Assembly: GCA_018829985.1 (NCBI GenBank)
Contig: JAHJSU010000333.1
Location: 1 to 56,857, forward strand
Direction: 5' to 3'
Length of the DNA stretch: 56,857 nucleotides
From: Elusimicrobiota bacterium
GTDB lineage: Bacteria; Elusimicrobiota; Elusimicrobia; Elusimicrobiales; UBA9959
Below the pieces are notes generated by a model, which was not told where the DNA came from, did not search any database, and was given only the letters and a program-made list of their open reading frames with translations. The position numbers were made by a program, and so were the translations under genes. Shown here one piece after another: positions 54,371-56,857 of the stretch (within the stretch, counting starts at the first letter, position 1; every line of letters starts with the position of its first letter).

Positions 54371-56710
54371 ATGCATGACGAACTTGAGCAAGCACGACTT
54401 AAAATAGAACAGCTTCAGCGGGAAAATACTGAACTTCGCAAGCGATTGGGGGCGACTGTCGCTGAGCAGGCGCCGGTTTATACCACAACGGCTCCGGAAC
54501 TTCCTTTATTGGCGGAAACTTTGCCGACCGTCGCAAACAATGCTTCTATTGAAGAAAAAATAAAGCTTTTTCGTTCCTTGTTCAGAGGCCGGGAAGATGT
54601 ATATGCCGCCTATTGGCAGAACGACCGGACGGGCAAGAAAGGGTACTCCCCCGCATGTGAAGACCCGTGGAGCCTCCAAAAAGGCCAGCCTCGCAAATAT
54701 TTGCCGCTGACGGATCAGGTCATCAATGATCATCTGTCCGGCAATAAGATAGTCGGCGTATTTCCTCTGCTTAAAGACAATACCTGCTGGTTTCTGGCCT
54801 GCGATTTTGACAAAGACGGCTGGAAACTGGACGCCGTGGCATATCTGGAGGTCTGTAAGCGGTACGGGGTTCCCGCCTGTCTGGAACGTTCCCGTTCAGG
54901 CAACGGCGGCCATGTCTGGATATTTTTCTCTTCGCCGGTGTCGGCTGTTTATGCCCGGCAGCTTGGGATGCGCGTTTTAAGGGAAACCATGGATCTTCGC
55001 GGCGATCTGGACCTGGGGAGCTATGACCGATTCTTCCCGAATCAGGATTTCGTTCCCAAAGGCGGATTTGGCAACCTCATAGCCATGCCTCTCCAGAAAA
55101 AATGCCGCGCCATCGGTAATACGGAATTTCTGGACGGTTCCTCTACAGAATTACGCGCCTATCCTGACCAGTGGGCTTTTTTAAGCAGCGTCCAGAGACT
55201 CACACCGCAACAACTGAATGCTAGCCTTGAAGTTATACCGTTTGTCACTATTGGCCCCGGCAAAATCGAGTCCACACCTGAAGCCATAAGAGCCGGATAT
55301 CCGGCCCCTAAACAAATCCGCTGTGAGTTCTTCTCATCTTTCAGCCTGGAAAAATCGGGTATTCCGCCCTGGATGCTTTCCAAGTTAAAACATCTTGCAT
55401 CCCTGCATAATCCGGAGTTTTACAAAATGCAAAAACTCCGAAGATCCACCCACATGCTCACCCGATTTATCAAATGTTATAGGGAAGATTTTAGTCACTT
55501 TCACTTACCGCGTGGAACACGGGAAGATGTTAATGAAATAGCCCGGCAAGCCGGAAGCGAGCTTATATGTATTGATCGGCGTAAAGTGCCGGAGCCGCTC
55601 TCATTGCAATTCCATGGTTCTTTAAGCCCGGAACAGGAAAAGGCGGTTCAAACCGTCCTTCGCGAGGACATGGGCCTTCTTGTCGCGCCGCCCGGCGCCG
55701 GTAAGACGGTAATGGGCTGCTTTGCCATAGCCAAGCGCAACCTGCCGACACTGATTCTGGCCCACCGCAAACCTATCCTGGAACAGTGGCGAAAACAGCT
55801 CACAACGCTTTTAGACCTCGAGCCTTCTCAAATCGGCCGGATCGGAGGCGGCAAAAAGGAGCAAAACGGGATTATTGATCTGGCTATGCTCCAGACTTTA
55901 GCGCGTCTTGAAGATTTAAGCGCGCTTTTCTCAAAATACGGTTTCATCATAGTGGATGAGTGCCACCATCTGCCTGCGGCGACTTTTGAGGCCTGTATAA
56001 GAGAAGCCCCGACCAGGTATATTCTGGGCCTCACGGCCACGCCTTACCGCCGGGACGGATTGCAGGATATACTTATCATGCAGTGCGGCCCGGTTCGCCA
56101 TAAAATGTCGGAACAAATGAGCAATCTCCCGCTGCAATTGAATGTCCGCGAAACCGAATTTGTATGCCCGACAGAGGAGGATACGCCGATTCAGGAAATT
56201 TTCCGCGGCATTGTTCATGACGATACGCGGAGTACGTTAATCGAGCAGGATATATCAGCTGCCCTGAAACAAGGGAGACGCTGCCTGGTTTTAAGCCAAT
56301 GGAACGAGCACTGCCGGGCTTTGGCTGACAAGCTGGCCCGAAAGGGAACGACTCCTTTTGTTTTAAGCGGAACCCAGGGCAAGAAAGAACGCGCCGCCAT
56401 CTTAAAATCAATCCAGGACACGCCTCCGGACAAGGATTTAATAGTCGTCGCAACCGGACAGTATCTGGGCGAGGGTTTTGACTGTCCGCAGCTTGATACT
56501 CTTTTCCTTGCTTTTCCTGTATCTTTCAAAGGCAAACTTATACAGTATGTCGGACGCATCATGCGGGAGCATCCGTCAAAAAAGCGCGTGCTTGTTTATG
56601 ATTACCGGGATTCACAGGTGCCCGTCTTGAACAAAATGCACGCAAGGCGCCTTAAAACGTACAAGGCTTTGGGATTTAATCGTGATAACCGGAAGGAGAT
56701 GTTTTTATGA
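54371..56710 (+). CDS. Primase-polymerase (AEP)-like N-terminal domain fused to an SF2 DEAD/DEAH-box helicase
   Basis: Coiled-coil start. FRGREDVYAAYW...GYSPAC...LACDFDKDGW...ERSRSGNGGHVWIFF...FPNQDFVPKGGFGNLIAMPLQ. Helicase motifs APPGAGKT, VDECHH and LTATPYRRDG. Confidence 0.8.
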   Translation: MHDELEQARLKIEQLQRENTELRKRLGATVAEQAPVYTTTAPELPLLAETLPTVANNASIEEKIKLFRSLFRGREDVYAAYWQNDRTGKKGYSPACEDPWSLQKGQPRKYLPLTDQVINDHLSGNKIVGVFPLLKDNTCWFLACDFDKDGWKLDAVAYLEVCKRYGVPACLERSRSGNGGHVWIFFSSPVSAVYARQLGMRVLRETMDLRGDLDLGSYDRFFPNQDFVPKGGFGNLIAMPLQKKCRAIGNTEFLDGSSTELRAYPDQWAFLSSVQRLTPQQLNASLEVIPFVTIGPGKIESTPEAIRAGYPAPKQIRCEFFSSFSLEKSGIPPWMLSKLKHLASLHNPEFYKMQKLRRSTHMLTRFIKCYREDFSHFHLPRGTREDVNEIARQAGSELICIDRRKVPEPLSLQFHGSLSPEQEKAVQTVLREDMGLLVAPPGAGKTVMGCFAIAKRNLPTLILAHRKPILEQWRKQLTTLLDLEPSQIGRIGGGKKEQNGIIDLAMLQTLARLEDLSALFSKYGFIIVDECHHLPAATFEACIREAPTRYILGLTATPYRRDGLQDILIMQCGPVRHKMSEQMSNLPLQLNVRETEFVCPTEEDTPIQEIFRGIVHDDTRSTLIEQDISAALKQGRRCLVLSQWNEHCRALADKLARKGTTPFVLSGTQGKKERAAILKSIQDTPPDKDLIVVATGQYLGEGFDCPQLDTLFLAFPVSFKGKLIQYVGRIMREHPSKKRVLVYDYRDSQVPVLNKMHARRLKTYKALGFNRDNRKEMFL

Positions 56711-56718
56711 CCCGAATT

Positions 56719-56826
56719 GTTACTACTCAGCCACAAAGTCACAAAGACACGAAAGAAATCAGACAACAAACCGTTTGATCCATAAACTTTCTTTGTGCCT
56801 TGGTGTCTTAGTGGCTGAGTAATTAC
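56719..56826. mobile_element. MITE-B copy (~108 bp) just after the AEP-helicase stop
   Basis: ~99% identical to 22865-22971 over ~98 bp. Confidence 0.75.
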
Positions 56827-56857
56827 TAAAAATCAGCGTTATCAGCGTTCTATATTC

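Noticed and set aside
41598-56857. A classical integrase-mediated genomic island at tRNA-Ser
   Set aside because: No integrase, recombinase or transposase ORF is present in the window. The accessory genes also lie on the 5' side of the tRNA rather than the 3' side. Only the 21-bp 5'-end duplication is reported, as a separate finding.

Overview
Bacterial chromosomal segment of roughly 50% GC. I cannot assign a lineage by eye. It has three parts.

(1) 1-17.6 kb: the distal spc/alpha ribosomal-protein operon (rplX-rplE-rpsZ-rpsH-rplF-rplR-rpsE-rplO-secY-adk-map-infA-rpmJ-rpsM-rpsK-rpsD-rpoA-rplQ, with no L30 gene). It runs directly into mreBCD-mrdA-rodA.

(2) 17.7-41.7 kb: housekeeping and regulatory genes. 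These are a DUF2344-like protein, RNase G, an AmiC-like amidase, murI, orphan hicA, a ComB-like phosphatase, queC/queE, an MNT/HEPN pair, hpt, ftsH, cdaA, a GDPD phosphodiesterase, an ECF sigma/anti-sigma pair with two RcpC/CpaB-domain paralogs, response regulators, a hybrid histidine kinase and tRNA-Ser.

(3) 41.7-56.9 kb: an accessory, defence-type island. It holds a GIY-YIG gene, a type I R-M system (hsdR, hsdM, hsdS) with an AbiEi/AbiEii module embedded between hsdR and hsdM, and a tightly coupled TPR protein / DinG-like helicase / metallophosphoesterase trio behind hsdS. It ends with a primase-like (AEP) + SF2 helicase fusion protein.

The most unusual signal is non-coding. Nearly every intergenic spacer, even inside the ribosomal operon, is filled by a long imperfect hairpin whose arms are degenerate tandem arrays of a locus-specific 7-nt word. 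The word families recur at distant loci, and some extend in-frame into coding sequence.

On top of this there are:
- two MITE families with related termini, one of which (113 bp, 8-bp target duplication) has split the AbiEii toxin gene;
- a GC-rich REP-like unit family, with one roughly 120-bp array sitting in-frame inside the metallophosphoesterase gene;
- a 21-bp duplication of the tRNA-Ser 5' end bracketing the GIY-YIG gene.

No CRISPR array, rRNA, transposase or integrase was seen.
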